Position numbers and translations under genes: made by a program. From NCBI GenBank assembly GCA_963663035.1, contig OY760074.1, positions 1,920,001 to 1,984,000 of the forward strand: 64,000 nucleotides of DNA, read 5' to 3'. The notes under the pieces were generated by a model, which was not told the DNA's origin, did not search any database, and saw nothing but the letters and a program-made list of their open reading frames with translations. The DNA comes from Acidobacteriota bacterium. Lineage in GTDB: Bacteria; Acidobacteriota; UBA6911; RPQK01; JADFOI01. The first letter of the stretch is position 1, and every line of letters starts with the position of its first letter. Positions 30,879 through 41,638 of the stretch are shown here, piece after piece.

Positions 30879-31412
30879 ATGGCAACGGAGACTGAGGTCA
30901 AGATTCACATCTCAGAGGAGGAACTTGACCCTATTCGTACTCGCCTCACTGAATTGGGGGCTCGCTGCCTCTCACCCCGGAAAAAAGAGGAAAACCGTCT
31001 CTTTGATTTTCCGGATGGGGACCTGGTAACGTGCGGCTGCGCTGTGCGTCTTCGAATCTACGGAGACGCAATCACTCTAACCTTCAAAGGAGAGCTCAAG
31101 GATGATCCTCGTTTCAAAAAACGGGAAGAGCTGGAGAGTGACATCCAGGACGCTGAGGCGATGACGAAGGTTCTGGAAGGCCTGGGTATGAACATCTGCT
31201 TTGAATACTCGAAGTTCCGCGAGATTTTCAGGCTGTCTTTAGATCAGGGTCAAGTCCATATCTGCCTGGACGAAACTCCGGTTGGAATCTTCGCGGAACT
31301 TGAAGGATCTCCAGCAGACATTGAGTCTCTGGCTGCCAAGCTCGGATGGACTCCTGATTCGTTCATCAAGAGGGACTATGTAGAAATGTATCTGGAAGGT
31401 CAGAAAACCTGA
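30879..31412 (+). CDS. CYTH-domain protein (class IV adenylate cyclase / triphosphate tunnel metalloenzyme)
   Basis: ETEVK, RLR, LTFKG, REELE, KFRE, LDETP.G.FAELEG. Confidence 0.9.
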   Translation: MATETEVKIHISEEELDPIRTRLTELGARCLSPRKKEENRLFDFPDGDLVTCGCAVRLRIYGDAITLTFKGELKDDPRFKKREELESDIQDAEAMTKVLEGLGMNICFEYSKFREIFRLSLDQGQVHICLDETPVGIFAELEGSPADIESLAAKLGWTPDSFIKRDYVEMYLEGQKT

Positions 31413-31416
31413 AACC

Positions 31417-32415
31417 ATGCGCGGCATGATCCTGGCAGCCGGCTTAGGAAAGCGGCTCCACCCCTTGAACGTGTTTCGTGCAAAAGCGGCCGTTCCCTTC
31501 CTCAACCGCCCCCTGATCCAATATTCAACAGAACTTTTAATGGGCGCCCACCTCAAGGAAATCGTGATCAATTCACACCATCTACCCAACTCCATTCAAG
31601 ATGCCATGAAGCCCATGATGAGCGAAGGTCAGGAGACACCTCAAATCCTTTTCTCCCACGAGGAAAAAATGCTGGGAACGGCGGGCGCTATCGGCAAGGT
31701 TCGTGACTTTCTGGCTGGTGACACCTTCGTGGTCTGCAGCGGGAAAATCTATTTTGAACAGGATCTGGAGCGCGCCATCCGCTTCCACCAAGAAATGGAG
31801 TCCATCGTGACCCTGCTCCTGGTCCCACTGTCAGAGAGAGATCCCTATAATCCGGTGTTCCTGGATAAAGAGAACAACATCACCGGCTTCGGACCCACAG
31901 CGAGGGGGACAAACTCCCAGCAGGCCTGCGCCTTCGCTGGAGTTCACATCCTCTCCCCTGAGATTTTAGATTTGATTCCCGAAGGTCCCTCCGAGACCGT
32001 CAACAATCTCTATCCCCGCCTGATCCGGGACGGCTATGGGGTGAGGGGTTTTGTCAGCGAAGCCTACTGGTGTGAATGCAGCACTCCCGAGAACTATCTA
32101 CTGAGATCACTGGAAGTCCTTCAAAAAAGAGGATTGGAAAACCTGATTGAGGGTGAGATCAGCTCTCCATGTGAAGGCGTGGTGGCCACTCACTCCGTCC
32201 AGGTAGATAGTGGGAGCTTTCTGAAAAACTCAATCCTGTGGGACCAGGTGAGAGTGGGCCGAAATTCGTCTCTCAGCGATGTTATAGTCACGGAAGGAGT
32301 TACGCTGGGGCCGGACACTCATCTGGAAAATGTTATAGTCACTCCCTTGCTCGATAACGTTCAACCCCAGCAGACCGCACAACGGGTTGATGACTATCTG
32401 ATCTGGCCGTTATGA
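31417..32415 (+). CDS. NDP-sugar nucleotidyltransferase, MurU-like by context
   Basis: MILAAGLGKRLHPL, LGTAG, C-terminal hexapeptide region; adjacent to AmgK-like kinase. Confidence 0.85.
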   Translation: MRGMILAAGLGKRLHPLNVFRAKAAVPFLNRPLIQYSTELLMGAHLKEIVINSHHLPNSIQDAMKPMMSEGQETPQILFSHEEKMLGTAGAIGKVRDFLAGDTFVVCSGKIYFEQDLERAIRFHQEMESIVTLLLVPLSERDPYNPVFLDKENNITGFGPTARGTNSQQACAFAGVHILSPEILDLIPEGPSETVNNLYPRLIRDGYGVRGFVSEAYWCECSTPENYLLRSLEVLQKRGLENLIEGEISSPCEGVVATHSVQVDSGSFLKNSILWDQVRVGRNSSLSDVIVTEGVTLGPDTHLENVIVTPLLDNVQPQQTAQRVDDYLIWPL

Positions 32416-33431
32416 ACCGAGGCACTAAACTCCCCTCAAGTCAGCAGCGCCTGATGGAGTTCATCGAGCGAGAGTTTCCGACCGGACCCAACCACCACCA
32501 TGTCAGCAAACTCTCCGGCGACGCCTCAGCGCGCCAATATTACCGATACATGAGCAAGACTGGACAATCTTTTGTCCTAGCCGCCTATCCAGAGACCTTT
32601 GACCCGGACCGTTTCAACTATCGGCAGGTGTGCCATCTCCTGACTGAGATCGGGCTTCCGGTCCCGAAAATCATCACGATGGATCCAGAACTGGGCATCG
32701 TCCTTCAGGAAGACCTGGGAAACGAATCGCTCCAGGTCCGGCTTCTGACCGCTGCCAAGGACGAACGCCGGCTTCTCCTACGCCAGGCCATCGACTACAT
32801 TGTCACCATCCAGCAGGACGGCACCAGGGCATTGCAGCCGGAAGATGAGGCCTCCCGGCTGGCCTTCGACGAGGAGAAGCTGAACTGGGAACTCCTCTTT
32901 TTCGAGTGTCATTACCTGAGAGGCTATAAAGGGCTGGAACCGGCGGAGACGAAGAATCTGAAGGACGAGTTCACCAGGCTGGCGACGGAACTGGCTGGTT
33001 TCTCTCGCTGTCTCTGCCACCGCGACTATCACGTCCGTAACCTGATGTTAAAAGACGGTACGATCTACATTACCGACTTCCAGGATGCACGCCAGGGCCC
33101 CGCCTCCTACGATTTGGTATCGCTCCTGAAAGACTCCATCGACTTGGAGACTCAGGAAATTAACGAGTACCGGGACTACTATCTGGATCGAGCCTCCCTC
33201 TCCCAAACAGGGGAGGCTTTCATGCGCCAGTTTCACCTGATGTGCATTCAACGCCTGCTCAAGGCTTTAGGCACCTATGGCTTCCAAATCGTCACACAAG
33301 GCAATTTTCTCTACCAGCAGTACGTGCCAGGTTCGCTGCAACGATCGCTCATCTCCTTGCAAGCTGTTCCTGAGTTTCCTTATATTCAAAGCATCGTTGA
33401 GGGAGATCTGGGCTCCCGGAAAAAACCATGA
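32412..33431 (+). CDS. amgK: AmgK-like anomeric MurNAc/GlcNAc kinase (APH fold)
   Basis: [48 protein letters not shown]. Confidence 0.85.
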   Translation: MNRGTKLPSSQQRLMEFIEREFPTGPNHHHVSKLSGDASARQYYRYMSKTGQSFVLAAYPETFDPDRFNYRQVCHLLTEIGLPVPKIITMDPELGIVLQEDLGNESLQVRLLTAAKDERRLLLRQAIDYIVTIQQDGTRALQPEDEASRLAFDEEKLNWELLFFECHYLRGYKGLEPAETKNLKDEFTRLATELAGFSRCLCHRDYHVRNLMLKDGTIYITDFQDARQGPASYDLVSLLKDSIDLETQEINEYRDYYLDRASLSQTGEAFMRQFHLMCIQRLLKALGTYGFQIVTQGNFLYQQYVPGSLQRSLISLQAVPEFPYIQSIVEGDLGSRKKP

Positions 33432-34720
33432 CTCACGTTTATATCGAAGATATCGCTGACCACGTGGAGAAGGAAGTCACCCTGAAGGGTTGGCTCTACA
33501 ACAAGACCGACAAAGGGAAACTCCGCTTTCTGATGATCCGAGACGGCACGGGAATGATCCAGGCAGTAGTGTTTCAGAAAAACGTCTCGCCCGAGGTGTT
33601 CCAAGCCACAGACTCGCTCACTCAGGAATCCTCTCTCATTGTGACAGGAAAGATCAGACAGGATGAGCGCGCTGCGGGGGGCTTCGAGATGGATGTCAAC
33701 CATCTGGAGGCTATCCAAGTGGCGGAGTCCTATCCCATTACGCCAAAAGAGCATGGGACTTCCTTTTTGATGGACAACCGCCACCTGTGGCTGCGCTCGG
33801 CTCGCCAGCATATGATCATGCGAGTCCGCAGCGAAATCATCAAAGCCTGCCGGGATTTCCTGGATGACCGTGGCTTTATCCTGGTCGACACACCCATCAT
33901 CACTCCAGCGGCCTGTGAAGGCACAACCACCCTGTTTGGAATAGACTACTTTGACGAGACCGCTTACCTGACACAGAGCGGTCAGCTTTACAACGAAGCG
34001 GCCTGCATGTCCGTGGGGAAGACCTACTGCTTCGGTCCCACCTTCCGGGCGGAAAAGTCGAAGACTCGCCGTCACTTGATGGAGTTCTGGATGATCGAAC
34101 CGGAGGTGGCCTATGCCGAGCTGGACGACATCATGACCCTGGCCGAAGAATTCCTTTGCGCCATCGTTCAGCGAGTGCTCTCTGAAAGAAGAGAAGAGTT
34201 GGAGGCCCTGGAACGCGACATCACCTTGCTGGAGGCAGTGCAGGCTCCCTTTCCGCGTATCAGCTACAACGAAGCTTTCGACATTCTCGAAACAGAGGGA
34301 ACACAGACGCCACGGGGCTCCGATTTCGGCGGAACCGATGAGACCATCGTCTCTGCTCACTTTGACCGACCGGTCATCGTCCACCGCTACCCCAAAGCAA
34401 TCAAAGCCTTTTACATGCAGCCCGATTCGGATGATCCAGAGCTGGCACTGTGCATGGACATTCTGGCACCGGAAGGCTACGGAGAAATTATCGGCGGCAG
34501 CCAGCGCATCCACGACCATGACCTTTTGGTTGAGCGCATCAAGGAACACAATCTTCCCATTGAATCCTTCCAGTGGTATCTCGACCTGCGCAAGTATGGA
34601 AGCGTGCCTCATTCCGGATTCGGAATGGGAGTGGAGCGCGTAGTTGCCTGGATTTGCGGTATCGACCACGTTCGTGAAACGATCGCCTTCCCCCGCATGC
34701 TCTCTCGGATGTACCCCTGA
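33428..34720 (+). CDS. asnS: Asparagine--tRNA ligase
   Basis: OB fold, [40 protein letters not shown]. Confidence 0.96.
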   Translation: MTHVYIEDIADHVEKEVTLKGWLYNKTDKGKLRFLMIRDGTGMIQAVVFQKNVSPEVFQATDSLTQESSLIVTGKIRQDERAAGGFEMDVNHLEAIQVAESYPITPKEHGTSFLMDNRHLWLRSARQHMIMRVRSEIIKACRDFLDDRGFILVDTPIITPAACEGTTTLFGIDYFDETAYLTQSGQLYNEAACMSVGKTYCFGPTFRAEKSKTRRHLMEFWMIEPEVAYAELDDIMTLAEEFLCAIVQRVLSERREELEALERDITLLEAVQAPFPRISYNEAFDILETEGTQTPRGSDFGGTDETIVSAHFDRPVIVHRYPKAIKAFYMQPDSDDPELALCMDILAPEGYGEIIGGSQRIHDHDLLVERIKEHNLPIESFQWYLDLRKYGSVPHSGFGMGVERVVAWICGIDHVRETIAFPRMLSRMYP

Positions 34721-34723
34721 AAA

Positions 34724-34759
34724 CTCCTGCCTCCTGACTCCTACCTCCTGACTCCTGTC
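34724..34759. repeat. Heptamer tandem repeat (CTCCTGA)n
   Basis: ctcctgc ctcctga ctcctac ctcctga ctcctgt after the asnS stop. Confidence 0.85.
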
Positions 34760-34801
34760 TATTGTCGGGGGGCAGTTGTGCCTGCTAACATCAGCCCTCC
34801 T

Positions 34802-35725
34802 ATGAAGACTAAAATCCTGGATGGGAAAAAAGTTGCTGAGGAAATTAAGTCCGAGGCTGCCGAAGAGACTCGAAAGCTTTCTCAGGAGAACCTGGTCCCT
34901 GGCTTAGCGACCGTCCTGGTAGGTGACAATCCGGGCTCTCAGATGTACGTGCGCATGAAGGCCCGCACCTCTAAAGAGCTGGGAATGCATTCTGAAATCG
35001 TCGAGCTTCCCACCGAAACCACAACCGAGGAGCTGCTCCAGGTCATCGAGCGACTCAATGGGACCGAAGAGATCGATGCGATTCTCGTCCAACTTCCCTT
35101 GCCCGATCAGATCGACGAGTCCCGAATCCTCAAGGCGGTCCGCCCCGACAAAGATGTGGACGGATTTCATCCCGAGAATGTTGGCCGTCTCGTCTCCGGA
35201 AACGTGGGCCTTGCACCCTGCACCCCGATGGGAATCATGTATTTGCTGGAAAGAGAGGGCGTTACACTGAAGGGAGCGGAAGCAGTCGTGGTGGGACGCA
35301 GCAACATCGTCGGCAAACCCTTGGCGTTTCTGCTGCTCCACCAACACGCCACCGTCACGCTCTGCCACTCCCGCACCCGCGACTTGCCCGCTGTGTGTCG
35401 CCGAGCAGATATCCTGGTGGCAGCTGTTGGACAGCCCGCCTTAGTGACCCGAGACTACCTGAAAGAGGGAGTCGTCATCATCGACGTGGGAACAAACCGT
35501 TTAGAAAGCGTAGAGGAAGGCATACGCCTCTTTGGGAAAGACTCGAAGAGAGTTGCCCGAATTCAAGAGAAGGGTTCTACCCTGGTGGGCGATGTTCATC
35601 CTCGCGACCCCATCGGTGTGGCCAAGGCCCTGACTCCGGTCCCGGGCGGCGTCGGTCCGCTGACCATCGCTCAGCTCATGAGAAGTACCGTTACAGCGTG
35701 CAAAATGCGACGAGGAGGCAAATAA
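34802..35725 (+). CDS. folD: Methylenetetrahydrofolate dehydrogenase/cyclohydrolase
   Basis: ILDGK, LVQLPLP, KDVDGFHP, PCTP, GRSNIVGKP, TPVPGGVGPLT. Confidence 0.96.
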   Translation: MKTKILDGKKVAEEIKSEAAEETRKLSQENLVPGLATVLVGDNPGSQMYVRMKARTSKELGMHSEIVELPTETTTEELLQVIERLNGTEEIDAILVQLPLPDQIDESRILKAVRPDKDVDGFHPENVGRLVSGNVGLAPCTPMGIMYLLEREGVTLKGAEAVVVGRSNIVGKPLAFLLLHQHATVTLCHSRTRDLPAVCRRADILVAAVGQPALVTRDYLKEGVVIIDVGTNRLESVEEGIRLFGKDSKRVARIQEKGSTLVGDVHPRDPIGVAKALTPVPGGVGPLTIAQLMRSTVTACKMRRGGK

Positions 35726-35779
35726 GCTTCAGATTGCTCCCAAGCCGGTCAGCGGTCAGGGGGTTTGCGGTCAGCTTCC

Positions 35780-36736
35780 CTACTCGATCTCGTAGACGAA
35801 GACTCGGTTGTCCTCTTCGGCGGTGATGTAGGCGAAACGATCATCGGCTGAAAGTTCAATATCGATTGGATGCTTGCCGACCTTGACGCTGGTGATCTCT
35901 TCAAAGTCGGCTGAAAAAACAGACAGCATATTGTCTCCCGTTTCCACCACAAAGACCAACCCATCTTCGCTCACGGCGATTGAAAATGGCTTGGAGCCGA
36001 CGCTGACACGCCGGACTTCCTTGAAATCGAGCAAGTCCACCACGGAAATATCGTCTGACCCACTGTTGGAGACGTAAAGAGTGTTTCCGTCAGGTGAAAG
36101 GGCCAGAGCATCAGGACCCAGCCCAACCGGTATTTGCTTGATCACTCTGCGGCTGGCCGTTTCGATGATGTAGAGCTCATTAGAACCGCCGCATGCCACA
36201 AAAAGAAGGTCACCCAGCGCCGAGACCGCAGCTGCCAGAGGTCTCACACCGACTATGACCTCTCCCATGACGCGGTGAGAGGATATGTCGATAACGTCGA
36301 TTCTCCCGATCGCCCCCCTACCGAAGTTGGTGACGAAAGCCTCAGAGCCACTGGGGGAGACTGCTATGTTGCTGGGCATGTCCCCCACCTTTATATCGTC
36401 CAGGATCTCATAGGTGCTGGTATCGATCACCTTGACCAGCCCGCTTCCCAGATTGGTGACGAAGAGCTTATCCCCAGCCGGAGCGACTGCGATACCCACG
36501 GGTTCGAGACCAGCGTAGAAGTCCTCTTTCTTGCGGTTGTCCGCTGTGTCGATCACCGAGATCTCATTGGAGGCGAAGTTGGTGACAAAAAGCCAGCGGC
36601 CATCCGGGCTGAGGGCCGCATAGGTGGGAGCTTTACCTACTTTTGGCTTGTCTATCTCAGAGAGGCGAACCGCTGACAGGCTCGTCAGTGAGATCAAAAG
36701 AAGTGTGGCTGTTCTTGTGAGTTTAGTCCTTCTCAT
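35780..36736 (-). CDS. YVTN/YncE beta-propeller protein, secreted
   Basis: Seven ~42-aa repeats VG..P..IA.SPDG..L(F/Y)V(T/S)N. Confidence 0.9.
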   Translation of the reverse strand: MRRTKLTRTATLLLISLTSLSAVRLSEIDKPKVGKAPTYAALSPDGRWLFVTNFASNEISVIDTADNRKKEDFYAGLEPVGIAVAPAGDKLFVTNLGSGLVKVIDTSTYEILDDIKVGDMPSNIAVSPSGSEAFVTNFGRGAIGRIDVIDISSHRVMGEVIVGVRPLAAAVSALGDLLFVACGGSNELYIIETASRRVIKQIPVGLGPDALALSPDGNTLYVSNSGSDDISVVDLLDFKEVRRVSVGSKPFSIAVSEDGLVFVVETGDNMLSVFSADFEEITSVKVGKHPIDIELSADDRFAYITAEEDNRVFVYEIE

Positions 36737-36765
36737 GGTTGATCAGTAGTAGCAAGTTACCAGTT

Positions 36766-37761
36766 TCACCCTACATCTTCAACAGACAGCTCGACCTCCG
36801 CTACGATCTCGTCCAGATGTTCCTCCCTCTTATAGAGGGAGTACAAGATGGATCCGGGAAGCGCAGTCAGCAAATAGGCGGAAAAAGTCACCAGAGACAA
36901 GCTTACAGCCATTTCTACGGGAAACCCAATCTGCGAAAAAAGCAGATAGAAAAGACTTTCGCGCAGACCGATGCCATTGATGGTCAAAGGGACCATGATG
37001 CTCAGGTTAATGAGGGGAACAAAGATCAGAAAGATCCCAAAGGGAGCGTGAATATCAATGGCCAGTGCTGCAATCCAAACGATTACCACGGCCAGAAGCT
37101 GGATGATCAGGGACAGGAGAAGGGCCACGATCATGGATGACCTGTTAGCCAGAAGCCTGCGCAATCCCCCATAAACCAACTCCATTCTAGCCTCGATCTG
37201 CTGCAGGTGTCGGTTCCTCAAAAAGGAGCTGATTCTCCGGTGTATCCAGGAATTAAAAAGCATCAGATTCCCCAGGAGATACAAAGTGACCAAGACCAAG
37301 AAGACATAAAGCAATGGTATCCCTTCCACTTTGATGTTCTCGATGGAGGCAAAAAGGGTTCCGATGACGAGTAAAGCGCAAAGGCCCGCACTTCGCTCTA
37401 AAACGGTGGTCGTGAGTGTGGTCGACATTCCTCGGTCTTTTCGCTTGGACAGATAGTAGGCACGGAAGAAGTCACCCCCGATGCCCGAGGGCAGAAAGAG
37501 ATTAAAAAAGAATCCGATAAAGGTAATCTTGGCCAGAGGTGAAAAATCGATGTGGATGTCGAAGTTGACGAGAACCGTCCTCCATCGAAAAACGGAGAGG
37601 AAGACACTGAGAACATGTACCAGGGTCGCCAACAGGATGAGGATGGGATTAGCCGAGAGAAGAATAGCCACAAGCTCTCCCAGATCCATCTGATATCCGA
37701 GAAACAACAACAAGGCAAGGGTGATGATGGTTTTGGTGAGAATCTTTCCCCGGTCAGACAT
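36766..37761 (-). CDS. Lysylphosphatidylglycerol synthase TM / flippase-like protein (UPF0104)
   Basis: RW, GFFFNLFLPSGIGGD, ER, PLTINGIGLRE. Confidence 0.9.
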   Translation of the reverse strand: MSDRGKILTKTIITLALLLFLGYQMDLGELVAILLSANPILILLATLVHVLSVFLSVFRWRTVLVNFDIHIDFSPLAKITFIGFFFNLFLPSGIGGDFFRAYYLSKRKDRGMSTTLTTTVLERSAGLCALLVIGTLFASIENIKVEGIPLLYVFLVLVTLYLLGNLMLFNSWIHRRISSFLRNRHLQQIEARMELVYGGLRRLLANRSSMIVALLLSLIIQLLAVVIVWIAALAIDIHAPFGIFLIFVPLINLSIMVPLTINGIGLRESLFYLLFSQIGFPVEMAVSLSLVTFSAYLLTALPGSILYSLYKREEHLDEIVAEVELSVEDVG

Positions 37762-37821
37762 GAACACTCAAATTGTGGCAGAATTGCAAGACGCACGTCA
37801 ACGTCCTATAATCCAGTCTAT

Positions 37822-38202
37822 ATGCCAGTTTACGAGTACTCATGCCAGAAATGCGGGAGGCACTTTTCCCGTTTTTTCTGGAGGATCTCCGACGCCGATG
37901 GAACTCGGTGCCGCTGTGGTAGTGCTAAGCTCGAGCAACTCGTCTCAAGGGTCTCTATGCCGCGCTCCGAGGAGAGCCGTATGGAGAGCCTGGCCGATCC
38001 ATCGGGATGGGGCGACGTCGATGAAAGCGACCCAAAATCAATGGCTCGCATGATGAAAAAGATGGGGAATGAGATGGGCGAAGAACTGGGACCGGAATTC
38101 AACGAGGTTGTAGACAGGCTTGAATCAGGAGAGGATCCTGAGTCCATTGAGAGTTCCCTGGGCGCAGCGGGTGGTGCCGGCGACACAGACAACCTGTTCT
38201 GA
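37822..38202 (+). CDS. FmdB-family zinc-ribbon protein
   Basis: MPVYEYSCQKC..CRCGS..LVS; DPKSMARMMKKM..EMGE tail; TTGCAA-17-TATAAT promoter at 37784-37812. Confidence 0.88.
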   Translation: MPVYEYSCQKCGRHFSRFFWRISDADGTRCRCGSAKLEQLVSRVSMPRSEESRMESLADPSGWGDVDESDPKSMARMMKKMGNEMGEELGPEFNEVVDRLESGEDPESIESSLGAAGGAGDTDNLF

Positions 38203-38236
38203 CGGAGTTTGACACAGCCTGACGGAAGGATTTGTG

Positions 38237-38743
38237 ATGGGTGCATCTGAAGTGAACTGGTATGCGGTGACGACCAGGTCCAGGCATGAGAAGGTGGTGG
38301 CAGAACAGTTGTGGCAGAAGGAAATCGAGTGCTTTTTGCCGCTGCATGAAGTGGTCTCCAAATGGAAGGACCGCTTCAAGAAAGTTCAGTTCCCCTTGTT
38401 CCCGGGTTACCTGTTCATCCATGTCCCGATTCAAAAGCGGCGCCTGGATATTCTGAAGGTTCCCTCGGTAGTACGCATAATCGGGTTCAACGGTGAGCCG
38501 GAATCTATCCCTGAAGCGGAAGTCCAGGCCGTAAAGCAGCTGGTCTTCAGCACTTTACCCCACGATCCCTATCCATACATTGTGAAAGGAAATCGAGTGG
38601 AAATCGTTCGAGGTCCACTGCGAGGACTTCAGGGCAGTCTGGTCGAGAAAAAAGGCGCATTGAGGTTCATTCTATCGATCGATCTGATCCAGCAGGCGGT
38701 CGCCTGTGAAGTGGATGCCTGCGACGTGGTCAAAATCCCCTAA
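38237..38743 (+). CDS. NusG paralog (UpxY/LoaP/RfaH-like antiterminator)
   Basis: WYAV.TRSRHEK, FLP, PLFPGYLF NGN domain; GPL.GLQG KOW domain. Confidence 0.9.
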   Translation: MGASEVNWYAVTTRSRHEKVVAEQLWQKEIECFLPLHEVVSKWKDRFKKVQFPLFPGYLFIHVPIQKRRLDILKVPSVVRIIGFNGEPESIPEAEVQAVKQLVFSTLPHDPYPYIVKGNRVEIVRGPLRGLQGSLVEKKGALRFILSIDLIQQAVACEVDACDVVKIP

Positions 38744-38855
38744 CAGCTGACAACTGACAGGTATCTTATAGCATTTACTGAAGATCTCTTATGTCAGTGG
38801 TCAGGTGTCAGTTGTCAGGGGATTATCAGCTGTCAGGTGTCAGTTGTCAGCTGTT
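38742..38855. repeat. Two oppositely oriented CTGACA heptamer arrays between convergent genes
   Basis: acagctgacaactgacag (38743-38760) and tgtcagtggtcaggtgtcagttgtcag..tgtcagctgt (38792-38855). Confidence 0.8.
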
Positions 38856-41539
38856 CAACGGCCGCAGCACTTCTTATATTTCTTGCCCGAGCCACAGGGA
38901 CAGGGCTCATTGCGGCCTACCTTGGGGGTGTTCCGAATAACTGGACTCACGGCTGCCGCAGTTTGCCCCCCCCTTGACTGGCGGGGCTGAAAGGCAGGCT
39001 CGGCTGTGTCCTCGGAGCGAGAATAGCTCATGGGCTGTTGCTGGCGGGCTTTCAAGAGATCCTGTTCGTCTTCCTTGGTGATCGGCCGCAGCAAAAAGAG
39101 CATCCGCACGATTTCCTCAGTGGCCCGGTTCCAAAGCTCTTCGAACAACGAAAAGGACTCTCGTTTGTACTCCACCAGCGGATCACGCTGTCCGTAACCC
39201 CGCAAGCCGATTCCTTCCTTGAGATGATCCAGAACAAGGAGATGATCCTTCCACTGCTGATCCATGATCTGCAACATCACCACGCTCTCGTACCATCGCA
39301 TCATCTCCGAACCGATCTGCTCTTCCTTTTCCTGGTACTTCGATTGGATTTGCTTGAGCAGTCGGTCTTCCAGTTCGGGCCGCGACAACTGATCCACATC
39401 TTGAGGGAGATCGATCCCGTAGACCCGCCGCAGGTTCACCTGCATTTTTTCCAGATCCCATTCCTCCGGATCGGTCTCTTTATCGGCATAGATATCCAGA
39501 AACTCGATCAGGATGTCCTCAGCCAGCCCTAAGATGTATTCTTTCCGGTCCTCTCCTTCCAGTATCTCGCGGCGGAATCGGTAGATTTCCGCACGCTGCT
39601 TGTTCATCACATCGTCATACTCCAGGAGATGTTTTCTGATCTCGAAGTTCCTGCCTTCCACCTGCTTTTGGGCTCGTTCGATCTGCCGGGTGATCAGCTT
39701 GGATTCGATGGGGACACCCTCCTCCATTCCCAGCTTGTGCATCAGACCGGAGATATTATCGGAGCCAAAGATGCGCATCAGATCATCCTCAAGGGACAAA
39801 TAAAAGCGACTGGATCCGGGGTCTCCCTGGCGACCGGATCGACCCCGGAGCTGATTGTCTATACGCCGAGACTCATGTCTTTCCGTGCCGATGATATGAC
39901 AGCCACCCAGTTCGACCACCTTATCGTGCTCCTTTTGCCAGGCCGGAAGCAGCTTCTCCAGCTCTTTGCGATACTCCTCTTGAGTCTCCTCGGCCGGACT
40001 CTTTCGAGCCCGCAAATTGAGTCTGGCTTGAAACTCATGGTTTCCACCCAGAATGATGTCGGTACCACGTCCGGCCATATTGGTGGCAATCGTCACCGCA
40101 CCGATCTTACCCGCCTGGGCGACAATTTCGGCTTCCCGCTCATGATATTTGGCATTGAGAACCACATGCTTGATACCGCGGCGCTTGAGCAAGCCCGATA
40201 GTCGCTCAGACTTTTCAATGGAGGTGGTCCCCATCAACACCGGGCGTCCCAGCTCATTCAGTTCCTTGACCTCATCGGCAACAGCTTTGAACTTCTCCCG
40301 CTCTGAGCGGTACACCAAATCAGGAGCTTCGTGCCGGATCAGTTCCTGGTTGGTGGGAATGACAATCACGTCAAGCTTATAGATCTTCTCGAACTCGGTG
40401 GCCTCTGTTTCGGCCGTGCCTGTCATGCCCGCCAGTTTGTCGTACATGCGGAAGTAATTCTGAAAGGTAATGGTGGCCAGGGTCTGGTTCTCGCGTTCAA
40501 TTTTTACACCCTCTTTCGCCTCCAGTGCCTGGTGCAGGCCGTCTGAGTAGCGGCGTCCCGGCATGAGGCGCCCGGTGAATTCGTCAACGATGATCACCTG
40601 ACCGTCCTTGATCATGTAATCCGCGTCTCTCTTGAACAGGGTGTGAGCCTTCAGAGCCTGCTGGATATGATGAACCAGGTCCATATTGCTGGGATCGTAG
40701 AGGTTCTCCAAACCCAGAAACTTCTCCCCTTTTTCAACACCTGATTCTTGAAGCACGACGCTGCGGGCTTTCTCGTCGATCTTGTAGTCCTGTTCACGAA
40801 CCAGCCGCGGGATCAGTTTGTTGATCTTGTAATACTTGTCGGTAGACTCTTCGGAAGGACCGCTGATGATAAGGGGAGTACGGGCTTCATCGACAAGGAT
40901 GGAGTCCACCTCGTCGACTATTGCGTAGTAGTGATTCGGCTGGACGCAATCCTTGAGCGCGTATTTCATGTTATCGCGCAGGTAATCGAAGCCGAACTCG
41001 TTGTTGGTTCCATAGGTGACATCAGACCGGTAAGCTGCCCGGCGTTCCTCTTCAGGCATGTCGTGCTGGATCACTCCTACGCTCAGGCCCAGAAAATCGT
41101 AGAGGGGTTCCATCCAGTCCGCATCGCGCCGCGCCAGATAGTCATTGACCGTGACAACGTGAACACCTTTTCCAGCCAGGGCGTTGACATAGACCGCAAG
41201 AGTGGCCGCCAGAGTCTTCCCTTCTCCGGTCTTCATCTCAGCAATTTTGCCCTGATGAAGCACCTCTCCTCCGATGAGCTGGACATCGAAATGACGCATC
41301 TCAAGGGTACGCCGGCCGGTTTCGCGGACCGCAGCGAAGGCTTCAGGGAGAATTTCCTCAAGCGATTCCCCCTTTTCCAGACGAGATTTAAATTCGGGGG
41401 TCTTCGATTTCAGAGCAGCATCGGAGAGCGGAGAGATTTCCTTCTCCAGCTCGTTGATACTTTCGACGAGCGGCTGAATCCTCTTGAGCTCTCGTTCATT
41501 GTGGCTCCCCACAATCTTTGTCAAAATCGAATTGAACAT
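38855..41539 (-). CDS. secA: Protein translocase subunit SecA
   Basis: [52 protein letters not shown]. Confidence 0.98.
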   Translation of the reverse strand: MFNSILTKIVGSHNERELKRIQPLVESINELEKEISPLSDAALKSKTPEFKSRLEKGESLEEILPEAFAAVRETGRRTLEMRHFDVQLIGGEVLHQGKIAEMKTGEGKTLAATLAVYVNALAGKGVHVVTVNDYLARRDADWMEPLYDFLGLSVGVIQHDMPEEERRAAYRSDVTYGTNNEFGFDYLRDNMKYALKDCVQPNHYYAIVDEVDSILVDEARTPLIISGPSEESTDKYYKINKLIPRLVREQDYKIDEKARSVVLQESGVEKGEKFLGLENLYDPSNMDLVHHIQQALKAHTLFKRDADYMIKDGQVIIVDEFTGRLMPGRRYSDGLHQALEAKEGVKIERENQTLATITFQNYFRMYDKLAGMTGTAETEATEFEKIYKLDVIVIPTNQELIRHEAPDLVYRSEREKFKAVADEVKELNELGRPVLMGTTSIEKSERLSGLLKRRGIKHVVLNAKYHEREAEIVAQAGKIGAVTIATNMAGRGTDIILGGNHEFQARLNLRARKSPAEETQEEYRKELEKLLPAWQKEHDKVVELGGCHIIGTERHESRRIDNQLRGRSGRQGDPGSSRFYLSLEDDLMRIFGSDNISGLMHKLGMEEGVPIESKLITRQIERAQKQVEGRNFEIRKHLLEYDDVMNKQRAEIYRFRREILEGEDRKEYILGLAEDILIEFLDIYADKETDPEEWDLEKMQVNLRRVYGIDLPQDVDQLSRPELEDRLLKQIQSKYQEKEEQIGSEMMRWYESVVMLQIMDQQWKDHLLVLDHLKEGIGLRGYGQRDPLVEYKRESFSLFEELWNRATEEIVRMLFLLRPITKEDEQDLLKARQQQPMSYSRSEDTAEPAFQPRQSRGGQTAAAVSPVIRNTPKVGRNEPCPCGSGKKYKKCCGR

Positions 41540-41638
41540 GACTGGTCGATTCTACCATGATCCCACGGCGTACAGGGACGGACACCTAACCCGTGAAATT
41601 CGTGGAAGTTTGTGTCGTTCGTGGGATAGAATCCATAG

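Noticed and set aside
33386-34669. Long antisense ORFs (also 17565-18533, 40748-41560, 57030-58205 and others)
   Set aside because: Shadows of well-conserved genes on the opposite strand; no motifs.
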